Positions 1 through 9,723 of a DNA stretch of 64,000 bases are shown here, piece by piece (position 1 is the first letter of the stretch; the number at the start of each line of letters is the position of its first letter). A program made the translations under genes and the position numbers. Origin of the DNA: Syntrophales bacterium (lineage in GTDB: Bacteria > Desulfobacterota > Syntrophia > Syntrophales > PHBD01); the NCBI GenBank assembly GCA_963668175.1, contig OY764159.1, positions 4,384,001 to 4,448,000 on the forward strand, read 5' to 3'. The notes beneath the pieces are model-generated. The model was not told the origin of the DNA. It made no database searches and saw nothing but the letters and a program-made list of their open reading frames with translations.

Positions 1-212
1 ATCTCCTGCCCGCACCGCCGGCAGAGAATGGGATGCCTCCCCTCCCTAAGACGGACATCATCCTCCTCCTCGGGGAGCACAGAAGCCGCCGGTTTGCCGG
101 CCGTCTTCTTCAGAAGCTCAAACGGATGGGGACACAATAGATGGGGGTTAAAAAAACTCCCGGATATGCTTGGTATCCCGATAGGATGGCAGGCTTCCGT
201 CTGTGTATTCAT
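1..212 (-). CDS. Partial CDS (3' end runs off window), CxxC zinc-binding protein, possibly cereblon/CULT (Yippee-Mis18) family
   Basis: Not in the ORF track. Manual translation from ATG 212 (AGGAGG RBS at 230-225) is open to the edge: MNTQTEACHP...EEEDDVRLREGRHPILCRRCGQE(I). An acidic linker followed by 'ILCxxCGxxI' resembles the start of bacterial CULT domains. Only the first CxxC is visible. Confidence 0.5.
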   Translation of the reverse strand, partial: MNTQTEACHPIGIPSISGSFFNPHLLCPHPFELLKKTAGKPAASVLPEEEDDVRLREGRHPILCRRCGQE

Positions 213-385
213 CGGAACGAAGAACCTCCTTTTTCGTTTATCGCAAGGCCAGGGCTTCCGACCTCGAGTCGTAAGTTATAACGAAAAGGCGACGGCGCGA
301 AACGGGCACGACATGGTCGGCGCAAAGGCGGTCTATCGATTCTTCCCTAAGATTGTCAGTATGTTAAAGGACTGATACGGCCTTG

Positions 386-2974
386 TCAAGGCCCTGGAAG
401 GATATATGGGCGTCCGAGACTAATCTTTTCCCCAATGACGTCCGTCAGACTGCCTTTCAGGTCTTCGATTTTCTGCAAATCGGTAATTTTCATCTTATCG
501 CGGTCCGTCACATAAAAGACGTCCACCGCCTGGTCAATCCGCGTCGACAACCGGGCCATATGGATATTGATGCCGTTTTCACTGAAGCAGCGGGCGATTT
601 TGTGGAGGAGACCGAAATTGTCCGCCGTATCGATTTCGACGACGGTATAGAGACGGGAAAGGCTGTTGTCGATGCCGATATTGATCGACGGCACCGTGGC
701 GGCCAAACGCAGCGGCTCCGGCGGATATCGCAGGATACGATCCCGCATGAGCGAGTCGGCGGTCGCCTCCTCCCGGGACAGCATACCCCACTTGTGATAC
801 AGATTGCCGATCCGGTCCGCGCTTGAGATCCGGGGTTTGTCCGGCGCTTCGAGATGAAAAATATCCAACACCTTGCCGTCCGTCGTGGAATAGATACGGG
901 CGTTTAAAACATTGAATCCTTCAGAGGAAATGCACCCGATGACGTCGCTTAAGAACCCTATCCTGTCGCTGCCGCAGACCGTCAGTCGCTCAAAGCCCAC
1001 AAACATCTCATGGTGAAGCCGAAAGGCATCTCCCTCAACCTCCATGAGCCATGACCGATGCCTTTTTCTATCCTCGGGAGTGTTGTCCTGAAGATAGGCC
1101 GTATCGGTAATGGCAACGAGGGAAAGCTCCGAAGATACGTCTTGTTCCCGCTTGATTGTCTCCGTTACAATGCCATCCCGAAGAGGCTTACCACCACCGT
1201 GAAGAGCGGCAAGCGTTCCTTCGTAGAGCTGTTCCAGCTGATAGGCCTTCCATTCCGTCCAGGTACGGCGTCCGACGCTGCGGATGTCGGCGATGGTCAG
1301 GAGGTAGAGGAGATCGAGCATGTCCTTGTCCCCCAGTACCTCGGCAAATTCGCGGATGTGGTAATCCTCCGGCTCGCGGGACAGGGAAAGATCGGACATG
1401 TCCAGATGATGATAGACGAGAAAGCAGGTCTTCTTCGTTTCCTCGGCACTCATGCCCAGACGCTCGCAGACATTCGCGGCAATGACGGCGCCGCTGTGGG
1501 CATGATTCCCCGGAAGCGACTTGCCGATATCGTGAAGAAGAAGGGCCAATCTCAGGACAAGGGGGTGCGAGAGGCTTCCGTACAGGAGGCGGATATGGTC
1601 GTCGGGGTCATGGGCAAAGGCGTCCGCCGTCTGAAAACATTGTAATGTGTGCTGGTCGATGGTGAATTCGTGATAGGAATCGTATTCGACTTTACAGGTC
1701 AGGGCTGCAAATTGGGGAATCAACCTGCCCAGAAGCCCTGTCTCGTGCATCATCGCCATGGCCTGGCCGATCGGTTCCGGACATTCCATGATATCCCTGA
1801 AAACCGCACCCATGGACTGTGTTCTAAAGTCTTTGGCCTCACCACGGGCGACAATCCCGCGGAGACGGTTACGGAGTTCCACGCTGAGCGTGGCCTTATG
1901 AAGGATCGCATACTTGAATACGCCCAGCGACCATAAGGCCGACCCCACGGAGGGATCATGAGACCGGGTGGAAAAGAGAATGCCGTCCAGGACGGCAATG
2001 CCGGGACCGAGATGATTGGCGCTCAACCTCCGTCGCACGTCGTACCAGATATTCCGGCCGGACGAATCCTGCTCGAGGAAGGCCAGGAGGATCATACGGA
2101 TATCCCGCACTGTCCGGAAGAATTGTTCCATGAGACGGCCGGCGCCATCGGGACCGAAACCGTGCTGCTCGGCGATCGCCGGCTGCAGAGATGTCTCCAG
2201 CACGTCCAGGCGGCGCTTGCAGAGCCAATGGAGCTCCGCCCTGAGACCCATGAGGAAGCCGTAACCGGCTTCAAGCTGGCCGGCCTGGGACATCAGGTAG
2301 TTCGACTTGATGTGCAGGTCCCGGAAGTTGCGCACGCCGTTTCTCACGCGTTCGGCCCAGAGCAGCCTCTGACAGTCGCGGAGGCAGCAGATGCCGTTCT
2401 TCAGGTGAGGCTCTACCCGGTAGATAGCGTTTTCCAGGGAGAATATCCCTTCCCGGAGGGCCTGATTTATTTCGTTCAGGTAGTTTTTCTTCTCCCTTTC
2501 GAAGTAGGGTTTCACAATACCGCTCTGCAGTTTTTCATAGAGCGCCCACTGCCCGGCCAGGTAGCGGCCTTCCAGCAAAGCCGTATCCGTGGAAATGTCC
2601 TGACCGATGATGTCCGCACACTCGGAAAGGGTCCGAACAACGCACCCCATGGTCAGTCCGATATCCCAAAAGAGGTGGATGGCCTGATCGAGGCAGGCCT
2701 TGTCGCTTCCGTTCTCAAGGAGAATAAGAATATCCACGTCGGAGTATGGACATAACTCCTTGCGGCCGTATCCGCCCAGAGCTACGAGACAGACACCGAG
2801 GTGCGGAACCGCAGACTCGACCTGGGAACCGAATATTTCGCCCAGGATCAGGTCGACTTCCTGGGCGTAATCACGAACGGTCTTGAGCGGTTCGAGGCGG
2901 ATACGATCCGAATCGAAAAGCTGCGTCCTGGCGTCGGCCAGGCGGGTTCGATAGGCGGCAACCGATTCATGCAT
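386..2974 (-). CDS. glnD: [Protein-PII] uridylyltransferase/uridylyl-removing enzyme
   Basis: 862 aa; ALGGYGR..PYSDVD nucleotidyltransferase motif, HD domain (LLLHDIGK), two C-terminal ACT-like domains (DRIGFL, DNFGLL); lies downstream of PII. Confidence 0.95.
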   Translation of the reverse strand: MHESVAAYRTRLADARTQLFDSDRIRLEPLKTVRDYAQEVDLILGEIFGSQVESAVPHLGVCLVALGGYGRKELCPYSDVDILILLENGSDKACLDQAIHLFWDIGLTMGCVVRTLSECADIIGQDISTDTALLEGRYLAGQWALYEKLQSGIVKPYFEREKKNYLNEINQALREGIFSLENAIYRVEPHLKNGICCLRDCQRLLWAERVRNGVRNFRDLHIKSNYLMSQAGQLEAGYGFLMGLRAELHWLCKRRLDVLETSLQPAIAEQHGFGPDGAGRLMEQFFRTVRDIRMILLAFLEQDSSGRNIWYDVRRRLSANHLGPGIAVLDGILFSTRSHDPSVGSALWSLGVFKYAILHKATLSVELRNRLRGIVARGEAKDFRTQSMGAVFRDIMECPEPIGQAMAMMHETGLLGRLIPQFAALTCKVEYDSYHEFTIDQHTLQCFQTADAFAHDPDDHIRLLYGSLSHPLVLRLALLLHDIGKSLPGNHAHSGAVIAANVCERLGMSAEETKKTCFLVYHHLDMSDLSLSREPEDYHIREFAEVLGDKDMLDLLYLLTIADIRSVGRRTWTEWKAYQLEQLYEGTLAALHGGGKPLRDGIVTETIKREQDVSSELSLVAITDTAYLQDNTPEDRKRHRSWLMEVEGDAFRLHHEMFVGFERLTVCGSDRIGFLSDVIGCISSEGFNVLNARIYSTTDGKVLDIFHLEAPDKPRISSADRIGNLYHKWGMLSREEATADSLMRDRILRYPPEPLRLAATVPSINIGIDNSLSRLYTVVEIDTADNFGLLHKIARCFSENGINIHMARLSTRIDQAVDVFYVTDRDKMKITDLQKIEDLKGSLTDVIGEKISLGRPYILPGP

Positions 2975-2980
2975 ACATTA

Positions 2981-3328
2981 TTACAGCGCTTCGGAACCCC
3001 GTTCCCGGGTCCGGATGCGCATGGCGTCTTCCAGCGGCAGGATGAAGATTTTACCGTCGCCGATCTTTCCCTCCACGCCCGTGCGCGCGGCATCGGCTAT
3101 GGCATTCACGGTTGATTCGACGTACTTCTCGTCTACGGCAATCTCCAGCTTCACCTTCCGGATGAAATTGATCTGATATTCGTGCCCCCGGTACGATTCC
3201 GTATGCCCTTTCTGCCGGCCGACCCCTTGAACATCGGAGACGGTTAACCGAAAAACTTCGATATGGCTCAGTGCTTCCTTGACAGCTTCCAGACGGGTGG
3301 GCTGAATGATGGCAATAATATATTTCAT
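2981..3328 (-). CDS. glnK: P-II nitrogen regulatory protein
   Basis: GRQKG..YRGHEY T-loop with Tyr51 equivalent, GKIGDGKIF, RIRTxERG; adjacent to amt. Confidence 0.93.
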   Translation of the reverse strand: MKYIIAIIQPTRLEAVKEALSHIEVFRLTVSDVQGVGRQKGHTESYRGHEYQINFIRKVKLEIAVDEKYVESTVNAIADAARTGVEGKIGDGKIFILPLEDAMRIRTRERGSEAL

Positions 3329-3405
3329 GTTCTTCCTCCTTCATCAGTGTAGTGTGGGGAACATCCCAAAAGATTATAGAGAGTCGTGCGCCCGTTTTCC
3401 ACCAT

Positions 3406-4647
3406 TTATGAAGTCCGGACGTCGTGTTCCGGATACGCTGAAATATTGTGAACGCTCAGGTCTGCGCCGCGCATCTCCTCCTCGTTGCTCAACCTGATAC
3501 CCACGGAACTCTTCAGTCCTATATAAACCAAAGTCCCGACCACGAGCGCCATGATGACGGCGGCGAGACTTCCCGCCACCTGGGCTCCAAATGTCACGCC
3601 CCCCATGCCGCCGAGAAAGGTCTGCCCGAAAATACCCGTGGCCACGCCTCCCCACGTACCTGTAACGCCGTGGAGCGGCCACACTCCCAGCACATCGTCT
3701 ATTTTCATCTTTTCCGTCTCCCATTGGAATCCGAAGATGAAAATGATCGAGGCGATGCCGCCGATGAAAAAAGCACCGAAAGGATGGACGACATCCGATC
3801 CTGAACAGATGGCGATCAACCCCGCCAAGGCCCCGTTATGGATGAATCCGGGATCATTCTTGGAAAAGACAAGCGCGAAGAGGACCCCCCCGACCATGGC
3901 GAAAAGCGAATTGACCGCCACGAGTCCGCTTATGCCGTTGATATCCTGGGCGCTCATGACGTTGAATCCGAACCAGCCGACGCAGAGGATCCAGCTCCCC
4001 AGGGAAAGGAAGGGGATATTGGAGACCGGGATACCCTGGCTGATCCCGTAAGTCCAGCGGCCGATCCGCTGCCCCAGAATGATCACCGCAGGCAATGCGA
4101 GCCAGCCGCCCATGGAATGCACGACGACGGACCCGGCGTAATCGTGGAATTTAGCACCTAAATTTTGATTGAGCCAATCCTGAAAGAATGAAAACTGCCC
4201 CCAAATGATTGACTCAAACAGGGGGTAGCATAATCCCGCGAGGATGGCTCCGGCCAGAAGCTGGGGCCAGAATTTGGCCCTCTCGGCGATGCCGCCGGAA
4301 ATAATGGCGGGAATGCAGGCGGCGAACGTCGTCAGGAAGAAACAGTGGACAAGATCGAATCCCCTGGCCCCAAGGACGACTTTACCGTTGAAGAGGTTGG
4401 AGAGCGTCCCGGCATCCATCCAGAAATTGATGCCGTAGGCAATGGGAAAACCGACCAGAAAATAGACAACCGTTGAAACGGACCAGTCGGTTATGATCTT
4501 GACCAGGGCGTTGACCTGATTCTTGCGCCGCACCGTTCCGACTTCCAGAAATGCGAATCCGGCATGCATGGCAAAGATCATGACGGCGCCCAGCATCAGA
4601 AAGAGGGTGTTGCTCGAAAATTGCAGACTTTGTAATGTTTCGTTCAT
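3406..4647 (-). CDS. amtB: Ammonium transporter
   Basis: HAGFAFLEVG, DYAGSVVVH, GWFGFN, IDDVLGVWPLHG motifs; start set at ATG 4647 behind a GGAGG RBS. Confidence 0.95.
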   Translation of the reverse strand: MNETLQSLQFSSNTLFLMLGAVMIFAMHAGFAFLEVGTVRRKNQVNALVKIITDWSVSTVVYFLVGFPIAYGINFWMDAGTLSNLFNGKVVLGARGFDLVHCFFLTTFAACIPAIISGGIAERAKFWPQLLAGAILAGLCYPLFESIIWGQFSFFQDWLNQNLGAKFHDYAGSVVVHSMGGWLALPAVIILGQRIGRWTYGISQGIPVSNIPFLSLGSWILCVGWFGFNVMSAQDINGISGLVAVNSLFAMVGGVLFALVFSKNDPGFIHNGALAGLIAICSGSDVVHPFGAFFIGGIASIIFIFGFQWETEKMKIDDVLGVWPLHGVTGTWGGVATGIFGQTFLGGMGGVTFGAQVAGSLAAVIMALVVGTLVYIGLKSSVGIRLSNEEEMRGADLSVHNISAYPEHDVRTS

Positions 4648-4711
4648 GAGGCCTCCCGTCAAAGATAATATGTGGGAGAAACGGATTCTCAACCACCTTG
4701 TTCTGCCTTTT

Positions 4712-4727
4712 AGCAACATCGAGGCCA
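4712..4727 (-). promoter_or_regulatory. Sigma54 (-24/-12) promoter of amtB-glnK-glnD
   Basis: Minus strand TGGCCTCGATGTTGCT, with exact GG-N10-GC spacing, about 65 nt upstream of amtB. Confidence 0.75.
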
Positions 4728-5174
4728 CTTCTCGGCACGGCAGAGCAAGTTTTGGGAAGGACGGGAGGAAAGCCGTCACAGCATTGACTTAAGAGAGAAA
4801 GAAATAAAAAAAAGAGGAAGATAGACAGCCTAGAAACGGGGCATGGCCCCCCCATTTATCTTACAATTATGTTCAATCGTGGGATAACGAAAAACAAATT
4901 TGTATCCCGAATGTTTTTTTCAAAACAAACAGACGTACCGGGGGTTCGACTTGAGAAAATTACAGTCCCCACAGTGTATTTCCTCTCAAACCGGAAGGCC
5001 GCAATTCATGCTCAGTCCACAGGGATAGACTCCGGAACAAGGGATAGTTGATAAAAGGGATTGGCCGGCAGCGGTGAGGTTTTAAGACATATCCAGGATT
5101 CATCCCTGCCGGGAAGGCCGGCAACTGCCATTCTTTTTGACTGGAACTGGGCCGAGGGTGAACTTTCCCGGTTC

Positions 5175-6761
5175 TTATTTACGGTTCCAGATCGCCAGGG
5201 TATCCGGCGATCCCTGGGCGCGAATGCCGTTGTCCGTCAGAATCTCTTCCGTTGCGGCAACCATCTCCTTGTGAGGAAAGACCAGCGTTTCACCGCCCCG
5301 CTGGGCGAATTCGAACTTGGTCATGTCCTCCCGGGTATCACGCAAGACCTCAACGAGATGACGGAGATTCTTGATGGGCTTGTCGTTGACGGTCTTGACC
5401 ACGCCGGCGACCGGATTGGAGTAACCGATGGCAAGCTTGTTCGGAAAGAAGGGAGAGGAAACCACGACCAGTTCTTCGCCTTCGAATGCCGGCGCATCAC
5501 TCATCCTTGTGACGAGGGGACTTGCAACGGCGATCCTGCTCGGCAGAATGCCTGCGGTAAGAAACTGCACCGTGGCGGTCGAAAAGACAAGCGGCCCGTA
5601 AATAAAATAGGACGGATAACTGCCGACCAGGGGCTTTATCAGCATCGGGCGAGAAGAAGAAACCGGCACCTGGACCATCATGGTTTTGCCTGCCCTGACC
5701 ACAGTCAGCGGAACCATGCCGTTTTTTGCTACTTTCTGGATCAGATAATGAAACCGGACGCGAATGTTGTCATTTAACTTAATCATGCCCTGATTGTCGA
5801 TCGGGGTTTTGTCAATTCCGGTAATGATATCCCATTTCCTCAAAGGGTAGTTCTTATCGGTTCGATAAGGCTCGTGGACGACGATACCTTCGACCGTCTT
5901 GTCCACCTTGAGAAATTTCCTCAGGGTCGGATTTTCGAGGGTCTGGAGTTCGTCGAACATGGCCGGTTTGCCTTCATAATTTCCTTTATTATCGGCTATA
6001 TCCCGGAGAAACAATTCTATCTCCTCACAGGGGATAATGTAGCCTATATTCTGCGCACCGCCGCCAAGCCGACTGAAGGCGAGACCGATCATCTTGCCGC
6101 CCACCACAGCCGGACCGCCGCTGTTGCCCGGATTGATAGCGGCATCGATCTGAATCCTCAGACCGGAACCTGTATAGTTATAACTCGCAAATTCGATGCG
6201 GGAGACGATACCCTTCGTGATCGACAGACTGGTGCCGCCGATGGGAAATCCGTAAGCTATGACGGTATCCCTTATCTCCGGCAAAGTGTTTGCACGGGCC
6301 AGCGGCGGGTACTTGCCGAACAACGTTTCATCCTCAAGTTTAAGGATGGCAAGGTCTATATCCGGAGCAATGGCCTCGACCCTGGCCGATATTTTGTCGC
6401 TGGCCTGGTTGGCCTGAACCTGTACCTGGCTCGCATAAAGAACGACATGGGCATTCGTCAAGATGCGCTTACCTTCGATGATGACGCCGCTGCCCGTGAC
6501 TTCCTGCGGTGCTTGTTTGGACCATGGTTTGTATAGATCGGGATTACGCTTCGTCGCAAAAATCTTTACGACGGAATTTTCGACCTGGGTGGATTCTGCG
6601 GCAGAAGGCGTTTTGTCTGCCTTAGCGCCGCCGGGGGAAAGCTCAGCGCCGACACCGACCGACAAAACCGGGCCGGATATGGATACGATGACAAAAAAAG
6701 CCACTAGCAGTGCGAGCTTCATATGGAAGCGATTCAGTCCGAAAGTACCGATTCTTTTCAT
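5175..6761 (-). CDS. HtrA/Deg-family trypsin-like serine protease with PDZ domains
   Basis: LTNAHVV, DLAILK, IDAAINPGNSGGP catalytic motifs; N-terminal hydrophobic anchor or signal; start uncertain. Confidence 0.9.
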   Translation of the reverse strand: MKRIGTFGLNRFHMKLALLVAFFVIVSISGPVLSVGVGAELSPGGAKADKTPSAAESTQVENSVVKIFATKRNPDLYKPWSKQAPQEVTGSGVIIEGKRILTNAHVVLYASQVQVQANQASDKISARVEAIAPDIDLAILKLEDETLFGKYPPLARANTLPEIRDTVIAYGFPIGGTSLSITKGIVSRIEFASYNYTGSGLRIQIDAAINPGNSGGPAVVGGKMIGLAFSRLGGGAQNIGYIIPCEEIELFLRDIADNKGNYEGKPAMFDELQTLENPTLRKFLKVDKTVEGIVVHEPYRTDKNYPLRKWDIITGIDKTPIDNQGMIKLNDNIRVRFHYLIQKVAKNGMVPLTVVRAGKTMMVQVPVSSSRPMLIKPLVGSYPSYFIYGPLVFSTATVQFLTAGILPSRIAVASPLVTRMSDAPAFEGEELVVVSSPFFPNKLAIGYSNPVAGVVKTVNDKPIKNLRHLVEVLRDTREDMTKFEFAQRGGETLVFPHKEMVAATEEILTDNGIRAQGSPDTLAIWNRK

Positions 6762-6968
6762 ACGATGCCCATAACATAGCGAAATCGTTTCGTCAAACAA
6801 TATTCGGCATTTGCGTGGAGGCATCCATCCTTCGCACGGGAAGCGCCTGCGCCCCCTCCTCGATAAGGCATCCCGTCCACCCCCATCATGTGGCGAAAAG
6901 ACCGGTCCGGAGACGGTTTCCGGCCTTCATCTCATGGAATCCTCCGGCGTCATCACCGGTAAAATGCC

Positions 6969-6997
6969 TTGACTTACGATCCTGCAACCACTAAAAT
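6969..6997 (+). promoter_or_regulatory. Sigma70-type promoter of rpoH
   Basis: TTGACT-N17-TAAAAT upstream of the TAAGGAG RBS. Confidence 0.65.
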
Positions 6998-7035
6998 TTT
7001 AGGAAGTATATTGCAACGATTAAGGAGAATATAAT

Positions 7036-7896
7036 TTGGACGCACCAGCAGTTACAGGGACATTAGATGTTTATATCGCTGAAATTAACCGATTCGACGT
7101 ACTGACCGCAGAGCAGGAATTCAGCCTTGCCGTTAAATTTAAAAAATACAATGACATGGAGGCAGCGGAAAAGCTTGTTGTCTCCAACCTGCGGTTTGTA
7201 GTGCGGATTGCGCACGAATATCGCAATTACGGAATGAAGCTGGCCGATTTAATCCAGGAAGGTAACATCGGCCTCATGCATGCGGTCAAGAAATTCGATC
7301 CCTATAAGGGGTACCGCCTGATCTCGTATGCCGTGTGGTGGATCAGGGCCTATATTCAGAACTACATCATCAAGAGTTGGAGTCTCGTCAAGATCGGCAC
7401 GACCCAGACCCAGAGAAAGCTTTTTTTCAAACTCAATCAAGCCAAAAAGAAGTTGGAAGCCCTGTCCCAGAAAAATCCCGAATTCGGAGAAATCGCCGAA
7501 TCTCTTGGCGTCAAGAAAGTCGAGATTGAAGAAATGGATCTCCGCTTGACGAACCGCGACGTCTCGCTGGATGCCGCCATCAACGAAGACGGCGACACAA
7601 CCCATATGGACTATCTTACCTTCGACGGAGAGGACCAGGAAACGGCCTTGATCAAAAAAGAGGAAATGGATCTGATTAAAGACAATATTGCCGGCGCATT
7701 GGCGAATCTAAGCGAGAAGGAAAGCTATATCATCAAAAACCGTATCATGGCCGACGATCCCGAAACGCTTCAGGAGATCGGCAACCGTTACCGTATCACG
7801 CGGGAAAGAGCCCGGCAGATCGAGAAGCAGGCGTTGAAGAAGCTGGCCTTGGCCCTTCCCTATCTGGGCAAGGAGCCGGAGTTGCTGGAGGGCTAG
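7036..7896 (+). CDS. rpoH: RNA polymerase sigma-32 factor
   Basis: DLIQEGNIGLM, YAVWWIRAYI, RpoH box QRKLFFKL, region 4 TRERARQIE; TTG start. Confidence 0.92.
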   Translation: MDAPAVTGTLDVYIAEINRFDVLTAEQEFSLAVKFKKYNDMEAAEKLVVSNLRFVVRIAHEYRNYGMKLADLIQEGNIGLMHAVKKFDPYKGYRLISYAVWWIRAYIQNYIIKSWSLVKIGTTQTQRKLFFKLNQAKKKLEALSQKNPEFGEIAESLGVKKVEIEEMDLRLTNRDVSLDAAINEDGDTTHMDYLTFDGEDQETALIKKEEMDLIKDNIAGALANLSEKESYIIKNRIMADDPETLQEIGNRYRITRERARQIEKQALKKLALALPYLGKEPELLEG

Positions 7897-9248
7897 TCGG
7901 CAACATCCCCCCGGGCAAGGTTTTCGAACGCCGTATACTTTTCAAGAAAGGCCAGCTTGATAGTGCCTGTCGGCCCGTTACGCTGTTTGCCGATGATGAT
8001 TTCGGCGATACCTTTTTCGGGATTATCCTCCGATCGGTTATAAACCTCATCCCGATAGATGAAGGCGATGACGTCCGCATCCTGCTCGATGGCGCCCGAC
8101 TCCCTGAGGTCGGCCATCTGGGGCCGCTTGTTCGTCCGGTCTTCGACCTTTCTGTTCAACTGGGAGAGGGCGATGACGGGGACGTTCAGTTCCTTGGCCA
8201 GGGCCTTCAGCGACCGGCTTATTTCCGATATTTCCTGCTCCCGCGAATCCTTGAAGCCGCCGCTGCGCATGAGCTGGAGATAATCGACGATCACAAGCCC
8301 CAATCCCTGATCCGCCTTGAGTCGCCTCGCCTTGGCCTTCATTTCCAGAACCGTGATGGCCGGCGTATCGTCTATAAAAATAAGCGATTCCGAAAGCTTG
8401 CTCGCCGCGGAAATCAGCTTCGGCCAATCCGTCTCTCCCAGGAAACCCTTTCTGATGCGCTGGGAATCCACTTTGGCCTCCGAAGCCAGCATACGGATGG
8501 CCAACTGCTCCTTGGACATTTCCAGGGAAAAGATGGCTACGGGTGTCCTGCTGTCCAGGGCCGCATTTTTTGCGATATCGAGCGCAAAGGCCGTCTTCCC
8601 CATACTGGGACGCCCGGCGATGATAATGAGATCGGATTTCTGCAGACCGGAAGTCTTATCGTCGATTTTTTCGAATCCCGTAGGAACACCGGTGACCAGT
8701 TCCTTTTTCTCGTAAAGTTTTTCAATGGTCTTGATCCCCTCCTTGATAAGGGTTTTGAAGGGATAAAAGGAGGGTCTGACCTTGTTCTCCGATATTTCGA
8801 AAATGGCGTGTTCCGCTTCATCGAGCACGGTGTCGATATCGGCACTCATGTTGTAGCTGTTGTTCAGGATGCCGGTGGCGGCCTCGATGAGGCCCCGCAG
8901 GATGGCTTTTTCCTTAACGATCTTGGAATAATAGGCGATATTGGCCGCCGAGGGCACATTATCCACCAGGGAGGCAAGATAAACCCTGCCTCCAACCTGA
9001 TCGAGCAGTTTTTTGTCTTTTAAATTATTGCTGAGCGTAACGACGTCGCAAGGCTCGTTCCTTTCGGACAATTCGAGTACCGCGGCAAAGATTTTGCGAT
9101 GCACGTCGCTGTAGAAGTCATTGGTATTCAGGATCTCCAAGACATTGTTCAAGGCTTGATTATCGAGCAGTATTCCCCCCAGAATCGATTGCTCCGCTTC
9201 CAGATTCTGCGGCGGAACCTTGAACGAAGATGTATCGGGATCTTTCAT
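7893..9248 (-). CDS. dnaB: Replicative DNA helicase
   Basis: PPQNLEAEQ, GRPSMGKT Walker A, IVDYLQLM, DLRESGAIEQDAD; no intein. Confidence 0.98.
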   Translation of the reverse strand: MKDPDTSSFKVPPQNLEAEQSILGGILLDNQALNNVLEILNTNDFYSDVHRKIFAAVLELSERNEPCDVVTLSNNLKDKKLLDQVGGRVYLASLVDNVPSAANIAYYSKIVKEKAILRGLIEAATGILNNSYNMSADIDTVLDEAEHAIFEISENKVRPSFYPFKTLIKEGIKTIEKLYEKKELVTGVPTGFEKIDDKTSGLQKSDLIIIAGRPSMGKTAFALDIAKNAALDSRTPVAIFSLEMSKEQLAIRMLASEAKVDSQRIRKGFLGETDWPKLISAASKLSESLIFIDDTPAITVLEMKAKARRLKADQGLGLVIVDYLQLMRSGGFKDSREQEISEISRSLKALAKELNVPVIALSQLNRKVEDRTNKRPQMADLRESGAIEQDADVIAFIYRDEVYNRSEDNPEKGIAEIIIGKQRNGPTGTIKLAFLEKYTAFENLARGDVAD

Positions 9249-9256
9249 TACGTTAC

Positions 9257-9703
9257 CTAGGATTCAGCAACGACAGAAACCTTGATTTCCGCTGCGACAC
9301 CGCCGGGGAATTTAATCTTGACGGGGAATTCGCCGAGCGCTTTGATCGGTTCTTCAAGCACAATCCACCGTTTGTCCACATCGATCCCATTCTCTTTGAG
9401 AACGGCTTCTATGTCTTTCGCATGAACCGAACCGAATAACTTGTCCTGTTCTCCGATCCGCCGTTTGATCGTGCAGACGACGCCGGCGGCCTTGGCGGCC
9501 ATGGCTTCGGCTGTTTTCTTCTGTTTTTCCAGTTTCTGCAAAACGATTTTCTTCTCTTGCTCAATGACTTTTACGTTACGGCCGCTGGCCTCAACGGCCA
9601 ATCCCTTGGGGACCAGGTAATTTCTAGCATATCCGTCCGCTACCTTGACGGCGTCCCCGGCCTTTCCCAAGGATTCAATGTCTTCTTTCAATATCACTTT
9701 CAT
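9257..9703 (-). CDS. rplI: 50S ribosomal protein L9
   Basis: MKVILKEDIESLGKAGDAVKVADGYARNYLVP; LFGSV. Confidence 0.97.
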   Translation of the reverse strand: MKVILKEDIESLGKAGDAVKVADGYARNYLVPKGLAVEASGRNVKVIEQEKKIVLQKLEKQKKTAEAMAAKAAGVVCTIKRRIGEQDKLFGSVHAKDIEAVLKENGIDVDKRWIVLEEPIKALGEFPVKIKFPGGVAAEIKVSVVAES

Positions 9704-9723
9704 TCCGCACCTCCTTATGCTGA

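Noticed and set aside
5020..5060. Three short AGGGAT(AG) direct repeats upstream of amtB
   Set aside because: Too short and irregularly spaced to call an enhancer site or array.
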